In this document: positions 39,401-51,400 of the stretch, one piece after another | Numbering within the stretch: the stretch's first letter is position 1 | Layout: the number at the start of each line of letters is the position of its first letter | NCBI GenBank assembly: GCA_046563655.1 | Contig: CM102285.1 | Coordinates: forward strand, 13,020,001-13,084,000 | DNA length: 64,000 bases | Source: Yuukianura sp. NJ FZ-2021 | Taxonomy: Eukaryota | Direction: 5' to 3' | Program-made: the position numbers and the translations under genes | Notes under the pieces: generated by a model | Databases searched by the model: none | Told to the model about the DNA's origin: nothing | The model's input: the letters and a program-made list of their open reading frames with translations, nothing else

Positions 39401-42400
39401 TACCTCAACGGCGTCGAACTCCAACAAGGTTCGCGATTCCGTACAACAACAGACTTTGGATTCATCAGCCTCGACATCCAATCAACGGTTTTGAACGACT
39501 CTGGAATGTACATGTGCAAAGTCAGGAATTTGGCTGGAGAAGCTATTACATCTACAACAATGCGAGTCAAACCACGTGACGGTATCGAATCCGCCAGTCT
39601 CCACCCTGAAGCTTTACCGAAAATTCAAACAATTGAAGCTCCCGCGCCACAACGACCAGCTGAGATGCCGCAGACCTTCCAACCACCCTATTTTACTCGA
39701 AATCTTACCTCATACGACAATCTTCCAGAAAATACGCATCTTCACTTGGAAGCTTTTCTGGAGCCCAAGGCAGATCCAAACCTTGGAGTCACTTGGTTCA
39801 AGAACGGCGCACCACTCGAATCTGGTTCCCGGTTCAAACCGAATTTTGACTTCGGACTGGTTACACTCGACATCAGTGGTCTCCGTGACACTGATTCTGG
39901 AATCTACACTTGCAAAGGGCGTAACCTCCATGGAGAAGCCGTAACAAGTTGCAGTATCAAGGTCACATCTTCTGGAAAAATCCAACTCCAGTCACTCCAA
40001 CCACAATCGATTGATCTTATTGCAAAATTGGAAGAACCTGTATTCAAGGAAGCTGTTCACGATGCTCCAACATTTGCCGCTCCAATTCTGTCACATCTCA
40101 ATGATCAAGATATCATGGAAGGTACGAATGCCCACTTTGAATGCACTGTAGAACCCAAGAACGATCCGAATTTGACAATCACGTGGCTCAAAAATGGAAA
40201 ACCGTTGGAAACCGGATCACGGTTTATTCCGAAATTCGATTTTGGTCAAATCACTCTCGATATTCAAAAATGTTACAAGTCAGATGAAGGAATTTATCAA
40301 GTGAAAGCAGTCAACCGAATGGGACAAGCCACAACTACTGGGACACTCAAAGTTCGGCAACTTGCTGACATTTCTCGGGATACACTGCATCCTAAGGGGG
40401 AAGAAGGACTTGAGGAAATCTTAGCAGCCGAGGGGGCCCTTGATGCCAAGGGACGTCGCCCTTCCGAGCCAGTTCCAATTTACCAAAAACCATACTGGGC
40501 TCCAGGACTCAAACCAGAATTCCACCTTAAAGAAAATAGTTTTATGCAGTTGCAAGGTCAAGTTGAACCACGAGCCGATCCGAAACTACGAATCGAATGG
40601 TTTCAAAATGGAAAACCAATTGTTTTTGGAACTCGTCATAAACTACTTTTTGACTTTGGATTTGTCAGTCTCGATGTTGAAGATGTCCATGGCAAAGATG
40701 CTGGAAACTATACTTGCCGAGCATGGAATGACTATGGAGAAGCCCTAACTTCAAGTACTGTCTACGTTGACGAAGAGGAGGGAATGGTCTTGGCCACTCA
40801 ACATCCGAAAGGAGAAGAAGGTTTGAAGAAATTGCAGGCACTTGATGCTCCTAAGGAAGGAAAACCGAAACAGGTCGCTGCGGTACCTGGCATACCGCCA
40901 AAATTCACAACGCCGTTTAAAAATCTCGACTTGGATGAAGGTGACCTTGGTCACTCCGAAGCCTGCCTCGTGCCCGTGGGCGATCCAAATATGGTTGTAA
41001 CTTGGCTCAAAGATGACGAAGAAATTCAACCCGGCGCGCGCATTCGAACTGTCTGCTCTTTTGGAATGTGTGTCATTGAAATTGAAGATATCAAACTGCT
41101 GGACGCTGGAACTTATACTTGTCACGCCAAGAATGACTACGGAGAAGACTCAGCGTCGTTCACCATCGCTGTCAAGGAATATTCATGTGGCCGTCCACCC
41201 AAATTCACCAAACAGCTGATCCCACTTGACAATTTGCGTGACCACGATTCAGCCCACTTTGAAGCAACGCTTGTCCCTGTGGGTGATCCAGATTTACACG
41301 TTTGGTGGCTCAAAGATGGCGAACCTCTACCATTATCCAGTCGAATCAAAACTGTTTACGACTTTGGATTTGTCAGCTTGGACTTGAGCGACGTCAATGA
41401 ATTGGATACAGGAGAGTATGAATGTCGCGCTAAAAACAAATTTGGAAGCGATCGCGTTCGAGCTTTTCTCCGATGCATCGGCGGACACCGTGGTGTAGAC
41501 TATGGTACGCTCCAGCCGGACGCTTATGCTCGCATTCTGGAACTGGAAGCATTTGGAAAAGAGAAGCGGGACATGACCACACTGTACAAACCTCAACCGC
41601 CTCTTTTCATTGAACATTTTCAACCGCTCGTTCTTACTGAAGGTCAGTCAGCCCACTTCGAAGCTAAGCTTATTCCCATTGGCGATCCAAATTTGAAGGT
41701 CACTTGGTATCGAGATGGAGTCGAACTCAAATCAGGACACAAGTACAGAATCTTCCATGACTTTGGTATTGTCATCCTCGATGTTCTCTACTGCTACGAA
41801 GAAGATAGCGGAGTCTACGAATGTCGAGCTGTCAATGACTTAGGGTCAGATCTAACCAAAGCTACGCTGCAATGCAGCTCCAAACCAGGATTAATCTTAG
41901 ATCCACAAATTCCAGTATCAATGATGGGAGGATTGGACAAAATCCGCACTCTAGAACAACCGAAACATAAACACCAGCGACCAGACGTAGCTAACACACG
42001 TGCGCCAGTCTTTGTTTCACCTTTGACCGACGTCGAAGCATCTGAAGGCGACAGTATTCACTTGGAAGCTCGCATTACACCAACCGATGATCCGAAACTC
42101 AAAATCCAATGGTACAAAAATGGTCAACCACTTCGAGAATCCTCTCGATTTAAATATTTCAATGACTTTGGATTTGTCGTTTTTGAAATTACGTCACTAA
42201 CGGAAAATGACATTGGAGAATACACTGTTCGAGCTGTCAATGAATTCGGAGATGCCGTTACTAGCTGTAAAGTCGTTTGTCAAGGCAAAACTGGAATGGA
42301 CACTCGATCTCACCTTAAATCTACCGGACTTGAGAAAATTGCAAATCTAGAAGGACTTGGAGCTCCCGGCGAAGGTCAACAAGCTACCATGGATGACACT

Positions 42401-45400
42401 TCCGGAAGTCCTCCAACACTAACACCACTTGAAAATTTGGAACTTCCAGAAAACGCTACAGCTAGATTTACATGTAACTTGTCTCCTGTCACTGCCAACA
42501 CCACTGTAAATTGGTTCCATAATGGCAAACCCCTCACAACCGGATCGCGGATCAGAACGATCAATGAATTTGGTAAGGTCATCCTCGATGTAAACCGGAT
42601 CCTGGCCCGGGACAGCGGAATTTACACTTGTAAAGCTACCAATCCACATGGAACAACAATGACTGAAGCTAAACTGCAAGTCATCAGCAAGAAATCGCTG
42701 ATTCTGGAACCTCAAGTACCAAACTCAGCTATTGCTATTCAGAACCTAGAAGACAGCCTTATCAAACAAGTATCAACAGTAGAAGAAGAAACTGTCCAGA
42801 AAGCACCAATTTTCGTTACGGAGCTGTCCGATGTCACGGTAGCTGAAGGGGAGTCGTTTCAGCTGTCAACCCGAATCGAGCCGATTAATGACACAACTTT
42901 ACGTGTCGAATGGTACTACAATGGAAAACCGATCATGTCTAGCTCCCGCGTTCACACGACGAATGATTTTGGATTTGTGAGTCTCGACCTTGACTATGCC
43001 TACTTGCGCGACAGCGGAGAATACTTGTGTCGCGTAATCAACAAATGGGGATTCAGTACCACTAGGTGCAAGGTAACAATTAAAAGCAAGACGGAAAAGA
43101 GTAATGTTAGCTCCAAAGTGATCGAGAAGTTCAACCAATTGGAACGTGGAACTGTTCGGGATGTCAAGGAAGACGTATCGGAAGAAGTAGCTCCACGATT
43201 CACAAGACATATCATACCAGCTTCCTTGACAGAGGGCGATCGACTACACTTTGAAACTCAAGTTGAACCTAAACGTGATGCTAACTTGGTAGTCGAATGG
43301 TTCTTGAATGGCAAACCTTTAGTAACTGGCTCAAGATTTCACACTATGAATGAATTTGGTCACATCACACTTGACATCAACTCAATCAAACCGGAAGACA
43401 CGGGCGTCTATGAATGTCGTGCAAGAAACCTAGTTGGAGAGGATGTCACGAAAGCTCAAGTGACGGTCAAGCGGTCACCGTCGATTGTCCTCCAGAACCA
43501 ACTGCCAAAAGGAATGAAACGAAATGAAACATTGCTTCAAATGGAGGGAACAATTAAAAAGTACACATCAGACGTGGTTTTGACGGAAGAGGATTTGTAT
43601 GATGTCGAGAAGCAACAACCACCCAGATTTGTAACGCAAATTCAAAGTTTTGAAAGTCTCAAGGAGAAGGACAGCGTCAAGATGGATTGTCAGCTGGCTC
43701 CCGTTGGTGATCCAAATATGAAAGTGGAATGGTTTAAAGATGGAAAGCTGTTAACGCACAGTACGTAAATAATTAAAAATTAACTTGTGCTAACTAAATT
43801 ATTAATCAATTTTTCGACATTATAGAAAACCGCTTGACCCCGATTTACGACTTTGGATACATCGCCCTCAACTTTAACTGGATCTACCCAGAAGACGCTG
43901 GCGTTTATGTGTGTCGAGCGACAAACTTATGTAAGATACCGAAACAAGCTGCGATTTTACATTACAACGACTAAATATTGGTCAATTAGTAATTCAATAT
44001 ACTCAATAATGTAACCTCTCTCTTCTAGATGGTTCTGACACAACGACAGCAACAATTACGACAATCACAAATCCCAACATAATCTACGACTCCCAATTGC
44101 CAGCCTCCGTACAGGACCACACGATAAGCCGAATTCACGAAATCGAAGCACCAAGACCAGCTAAACATGTTCCAGAAGAAGTCAAAGAACGATCGGCTCC
44201 ACTATTTGTATCCCAACCGGAACCAGTCGAAGTATTTGAGGGTGACTGGGCTAAGTTCGTATGCCGAATCAAAGGAGTTCCGCGACCAAGGGTTCTATGG
44301 ATCGTCAACGGCAAAACTGTGTTGAACGTTAGTCTTTGCTAGGCATTTTGAAATATACTTCCAGTATTTTTAACCGTCCAAACTATTTTCAGGGTACTCG
44401 CTACAAGCTAACCTACGATGGAATGTATCACCTCGATATACCCAAGACACGACTCTACGACGCTGGTGAAGTCAAAGTAATCGCCAAGAACATACTGGGT
44501 GAGACTTCAGCTACTACAACTCTCTCCGTAATTAATCGACACGACTTTAGAGGAGCCCTTACCAAAACATCTCGAGAAGGTAAGTCCATTTTTCAAAATT
44601 TCGAAATACTAAGGTATAGAACAGAACAATTTGTTGACCTCGTGTGTCGTCGTCAGTCTCACTTGTCTCATTCGAATTACTCCAAGTACGATACGTAGGA
44701 CTTAGGTCCTAGAAGATAGAAATAGAACGATAGTCTTACCTTTGTCAGAAGTCTCGTGACCCAGTCTGAGTTCCTTGTTTTCTTTTCCCGTTCTACCCTT
44801 CGTCTCTTTAGCCTGGGACAAGTCGATCAACCAGGAAGAATCCCTTACGGACCTTGAGAAGACATTGCGTGACGGGAACCTTCTACGACCTACGGAACAC
44901 ACAAAGGCCAAACAAGAGGTCAAGGACACGGAATGGCAAAAAGTACTCAAGAACAAGCAGTTTGATGACGAGTACTACCAGAGACTGAAAGAGGTGATTT
45001 CATTTGAACTGAATCGTCAAGTACTTTCTACTTACCTTTCGATGCTTGTAACTTCTGGTTTGTGCTTTCTCACCTCCAATTTAGCACTAAACACTGCAAA
45101 TAAAAAGTCGAGATGAGCTTAATTAACTAATTAATTAACTGACGAAGTTAAAAAAAACAAAACATAGAAGTGAGGGAACATGAAGGACGAAAAGAGAGAA
45201 TGAAAAAATGTAAACAAAAACAAAGCCAAGTCATGTGATTCTTCAAACTTTAAATTTCCCGCGCGAAACTTTTTTTTTCAAATTCGTCTCACTTTCCCCC
45301 AAAAAGTAAACTTGGATTCTTTGACCATTAAGTTTAGAAATTTTGTAAAAACCGAGCGCGTGAGACCGCCGTTTATGTTCCACTTTTTTTAAAAACCATT

Positions 45401-48400
45401 TTTAAAATTTTCCTTTAAAAAAAACGGAACATTCCAGAAGGATAAAGACTCATTCGGAATAGCGACTGTCGTCATGCCTGGGAGTTTAAAATTGGTTAAT
45501 TAAGCGGGTGACAAAAGTACTTTTTCTCCTTCTCTAAAACTTTCACCGGGAGCTCTTCGAGCGGGAGAAAGTAGGAAATGGCGGGTTTTGAAATAAACGG
45601 CCTACACAAAGACAAAGAATAATTTGGCAATAAAATTGTAGGGTTTAATGGTTATAAAATTCAACTTTCCCAGGAAATCACCAACCACCACACATTCTAT
45701 CTTTTTAGTTAGTATTAGTTCCAGCGCTTGTAGATTTCCAGCGTCACTGGTTCCATTTCTACAGGAATGTCGTAAATTTTTATTCCATAGACAAATTGTA
45801 TTCCATTTTCTCCTTGCGGCATTGGCATTATTATTGGAATCCCAGAGAGAAAAGGCAAACGCGCAACTTTCCACTTTCTCCCGCATTAGAACTTACCTCC
45901 TCCCTTCCAGAACAACCCGTGTGGATCCTCATTTGGTGTCATTAGCTCCAGCATTTGTCTTCCCTTCCAGAAACTCTCTGTCTCTGAAAGCTCATAGCTT
46001 GCTTCGTAGTTTTCTCCTAGAATTAATGAGAAGTTATCGATTGAAAAAGTAAGGGAAAAGAAAATGAAAGTCTCCCTGCCTTCTCTTACCCGCCTTTGGA
46101 ATGGATGACTCTGGGAATAGAACGCGTGCCTTTATTGTTTCCCTTTGCTGCTTTTGTTAGGTTAGTCTAACGTTAGGGTTAGGTTTAACTTTCCCTAGTT
46201 TACTTTCACCACTGAAAAAGATAGGCATAGAGTAAAAGTAAAAGGGAGGAGGGTGTGGGAGGGGAGGTGTAGGAGGCACACGACCAAAAATGAATTACAG
46301 AATCAGAGCACGAATTCCAACGGAGAGGCTTATTGCGTGGAGCTTTCTCTTTTTTTTTCAAAATGGAAAATGAAAATAAAGTTATTTCGGTTTTTATGAG
46401 AGAAAAACGGAAAAGCTGTGCTTGCCTGTTTTTTAGTTCAGAAAAACGGAAAATGGATTTTTTCAACCCTCCCTCCTCTCCTAAATCTCAACGCGCGTAG
46501 CCAATCATTTCTAATTTCTAGAAAAGAAAAGAAGGGAAAAAAGTTTTTGGAAAGAAAAATCCATGTCGTATTTCTTTTGAAAAAGAAAAAAAAATGCAAT
46601 AAAATCAAATAAGATTGCAGCCATTTTTCTTTCACTTTTATTTCTTTTTTGGAAAGTAGGAAATGGAAAGCTTCCTCTTTTTTCTTTTATACAATATCTC
46701 TAAAAGACGGGGAAAAAAATCACGGGAAATCTTGGAGAAAGTCATTTTCATCACTTACTTTCAAAATTTCCGATTTCATTCCTTTCCAGCTTTTCGGCTT
46801 TTAAAAAAAGCCACAGTTTCCTTGCCGCATGAACAAATTATTTCCAAAGTTGGCACCGAAAAAGAAATTGAACACACAGATATCCTGCCGTTTTGATCTT
46901 TGAGACAAAATCGTGTCCAATTTTGAAAAGCAACTTTGTACATTTTCAAAATAAAATTGGACATTTTGAAACAGCTTGTTTTTACTGCTTTCCTCCTTTA
47001 ACTGCACTAATTTTCCTGAGTGGTTTTCATCCCTTCGATTGAAAAAAAAAGTGAACTTTCTCTTACTTTTTTTTGTACTGTTTTCAGCTCGAAGCTTCAT
47101 CGCATCTGACCAAGGACCAGGAACGACTCAAGGAAGCCATCAAAGCCAAATTGAATCCCACAGAAATTTCTAAACCGAAACCAGAAGAGGACCGGGCGAA
47201 GAAAATGATTGAAGAAGCAGCTCGAAATATCAATAAAAGGGAAGTCAGCGACGTCTTCATCAAATCCGGTATTGAGCAACTGACCGAAAAGGAGCGTGAG
47301 AGTGACATGAAAATTGAAAAAGAGAAAATTGCCATGAAAGCTCAGCAACCCAGTTGGCCCCCTCCGGAAATCCAGTCAAAAGAAGCCAGGACCTACGACA
47401 AATCAAGTGTCACCGAAGTCTCCAAACAGACACAAAAAGAGGTACTTTCATCGACTCTTGAAATTGAACTTCACCCTAATGCAAAAAAAAGCACAACTTA
47501 AATAGCTTAGAATTTCAAACAGAAAAATGTGTACAATTTCAGATTCGGAAGATCAGAAAACACCTAAATATGATATTTTTTTTCTGTTTTTAGAGACAGG
47601 GAGACTTGCTGCTAACTCGAAAAATAAAATCAACGGAAACGACTGAAACTGAGTCCAAGGGAGCAACAATTGAGACAGTAGTGAAAGGAGTACCAGGTCA
47701 ACCTACTCCTAAGGGCACTCCACCCATGTTCACCAAGAAGCTTCAACCGATTTATACGACAGAGAAGTCTTCTATTCAATTTGAAGCAGAATTTACGGGT
47801 ACAGGCCCAACGATTTCATGGTTCCGAGAAGACTACGAGATTCAGAACTCCAATGACTTCAAGATTCTTACTACCGGAAATAAATCTGTTTTGGTTGTTA
47901 AGGAGGTAAGCGACCAAAGGAAATTAGGCTCAGAATTAGTAGAACGTCTCTTCTCTTTTGGAATAATTCACAGAAAAGGGAAACATAAAACAAAAGCCTC
48001 AAGATTTAGGGTGAAAAGCTTTATGCTGGTGCAGTACTGCTTCTGTTTGTTCAGGATCAGAAACAGTACACACAGGGTTAGATTACAACCGAAGGGTACA
48101 GCACCTTTCCCTTCACTTTCACTTTCCACGAGGATAATTCTGGGTGTTTTGTGATTCAGCTCGAGGCGGAGAGCTTCAATTTAGCTCCTTTCTCTCTCCT
48201 TTTCTTAAAATTAATGATGATTACTTGGGAAATAAATTAGAAAGAGCCAGAAATTAATGAGAGACTCAAAAACATAAAACACAGACCCTGAAATTCATGA
48301 ATTTCAAGAATTCATTTTCAGAAATTCGGTTTGTAAAGAAATCCAAAGAAACGCGGATTACCACTTAGTTTTTTGAAAAAGTTTTTGGAAGATTAAATTT

Positions 48401-51400
48401 TAAACCAAAGATGTTTGAGACCTCAGATTCCAGATTTTCCGGGTATTGCAGCTTCCAGGGTTAAGATAGAGATTCTGAATTTGAAAATTGGAAATTTAAT
48501 TAAACTGTCAATTTCAGGTGTTTTTGGAAGACTCAGGAACTTTTAGTTGTGTAGCCACAAATGCCTTTGGCAAAGCCAAAACGACAACGAATCTCATTGT
48601 GGATAAACCAAAAGAATCTGGACCACCGAACTTTACCAAAACGCTCAAGGACGTAAGAACGATGCAAGGGAACAATGTCAACTTTGAAGTGGAACTCACC
48701 TCTAAAGAACCAATCACAATTCAGTGGACCAAGGTACAGAAAAATCCTAGAGAAAATGGATTTTCCAAAACGAGAAAAAAGAACTTTCCAATTTCAAAAA
48801 GAAAACTACTTTCACCCCAAAATTTTCAGTTGAAAGAACTGTAACTAACAGTTTTCAAAATTTTCTATATTTGTAACCAATTACTTTTTCATTTTCAGAA
48901 TGGATCACCTATTAAACCATCTCAGCGCCACAGACTGTCTCAATTTAAGAACAAAGCTACTCTGTCCATTACGAACGCTCAGGAGAGTGACAGCGGAACA
49001 ATTGAAGTCATCGGGTCAAACTCCAAGGGCGACACGACTTGCTCCGCTGAACTAATCGTCGATGTTAAACCGGAACCAAAGAAGCCCACTCCAAAAGCAC
49101 CTACTACATCTGCTCCAGTCGTCACTGTGCCACTGCCTGTGTCCACTGAATGTCTCGACGGAGGGTCAATTTTGCTCAAATGTGGATTCGATGGACAACC
49201 GGGTAAGTTTAAGGAGGGGGGATGAATTACTCTACCCAAGGGGGGATGAGGGGAATTAATACTCAAGGGACTCTGTCAAAGTAAGGAACACGACAGACCC
49301 ATAGTTTACTACTTTCTGACCCTAAAATGTCTTTTCTGTTGTCTTTTTTTGCTCTAGAACCGTCTGTCACATGGAAAAAGGATGGAAAAGCCCTCAAACC
49401 CACAAAACTTTTACAGATTTACAAGTCCGAGTCACACAACTACCTCAAAATATCCAAAGTTTTCCCAGAGGATGAAGGGCTTTATGAGGCTACAGGACAG
49501 AATGACACGGGTTCAGCGTCCACTCAATGCAAACTGACTGTGAAAAGTAAGACATCTGCCAACATTTGGAAATTTGATGATGAAATGGTCAACTTTAGCA
49601 TATAGGAATTTCAAGTTCATGGAAAACTCTAATTTTTTGATTTTTTTTTGTACCATTTTTCTAGCAAAAGCAACCGGAGCCCCTCCAACAGTAACCCCCC
49701 TCAAGGACATTACTGTTGAAGAAGGGGAACCTGCAGAATTTAAAAGCACGATTAGCGGATTCCCATTTACGAAAGTTCAATGGCTCCGAGAGGGGGTTGT
49801 GATTCCGGAAGCGGAAGATTTCAGTGTAAGTGAAAGTGAAAGTCTTTTCGAAATTCATTAAAACCCGCGCGTCCCTTTTCATTTTCCATTTTCATGGTGT
49901 GAAGAAAACTCATCAAAAGAGAAAATTTTGAATTAGAATTTCTCATAGTCCTTCCAGCAATATTAAGAGACTCAGACTAGAACTTTTGAATTTGAACAGA
50001 CAAAAGGGAAAGTTCAGACAAAACTTTCTCTCTCTAGTCTCTCCAAATTTATTTCTCAAACTCCCGCCATGGAATCCGCCATAGTCTCGAAATGAAAATT
50101 TATTTTTGGTCTCCTATTCCCAACTGAAAATTTTGATGGAGTTATTAGATTTTGGGGAGCAATAAATTAGGTCGTTGAGGATTACTACTACAGAAAGAAC
50201 AGAGCAGGGGGAGGGGGGCGTTTGTTGAAATAGGGGGGGGGTTGCTCGAAATGACCGTTCCCCTCCTGTTATTTTTTGCGCAGTATGAGTGAGTGTAGGC
50301 GGGGCCTATTTTGGTTTAGTTTATCTGCATTGCGGATAACAGTTCTTTTGAGGAGGGAAAGAACAACTTTCCCCGGGAGTAATGGAAGGACTAGGGGACG
50401 GTTCTTTCTATTTAATACTTTCTCACGCACGCATTTCACTATACCTTGAGTTGGGGATGCTGGAATGCTTGTTCCATCTTCCAGTAGTACTGTTGTGGAA
50501 CCGATGTCCAGAAAATGATGCTTTCCCCTGCTCACTTGACCATTTCGATCTCCCCGGGTAGGCTGGGCGGAGCTTTTAGTTTCTACAGAAATAAAACAGA
50601 CAGTTACAAAAGATACAAGGGGAAAACGAGGGAGATTCTCATATTTGCTGTGGGATTTATTTCGATTTTTCCATGTATCTGCAATGCGGAAGTTTTTCCA
50701 AATCCTGTCTTATTATTAAGTCCCGGACATTTCGAAAGTTTAAACCCAGGGATTAGCAATAATTAACTTTGGACTCTCAACAATATATGAAATTTGACAC
50801 TAAAAATGAACATGTTCTGATCCCATTTAGATGACAACGACACAAAATTCATCGGCTCTTCACATTAAGGAGACTTATGAAGAAGATTCAGGAAAGTTCA
50901 CATTACGCGTGACAAATGCACACGGTCAAGTAGAAACTTCAGCCAAGCTTGTAGTCGAAAGTAAGGACTAGTTAAATCAAACGGCTAAACCAAACTAAAT
51001 TGGAAACTATTTAGGATATGCATTTTAGAACGCTATGCTTTCACGCTTTGTCAGCAATTTATTAGTCAAAAATGGGACCCCTTGTGCACCAAACACATAT
51101 TGTTCACATAAAGAACGATTCCTTTAGTCCAAGAAAAATTGCAAAGGTTAGGCTTAAAGTTAATGCAAAAACATTGATTCCCGCAATATGTTATGCTTAA
51201 ATGAAATTATAGCTTGTTAGAATTACTTAGAGTTTCCTGCTACGCTTTGTATTGTTGCTTCTAAGAAAAAGAAAATGGAGTGTGAAAAGTTTAAAATTAT
51301 GCAGCTAATAAATTCGAAAATAAAGCTATACCTACATTAAAATGANNNNNNNNNNNNNNNNNNNNNNNNNNNNNNNNNNNNNNNNNNNNNNNNNNNNNNN

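Noticed and set aside
34314..43215. Many alternative-frame and antisense ORFs overlapping the Ig exon
   Set aside because: Shadow ORFs of a long coding exon, with no recognisable motifs.
46155..46190. TTAGG-like telomeric/Helentron motif (also about 16450-16473 on the other strand)
   Set aside because: Only 2-3 imperfect units and no supporting terminal structure.
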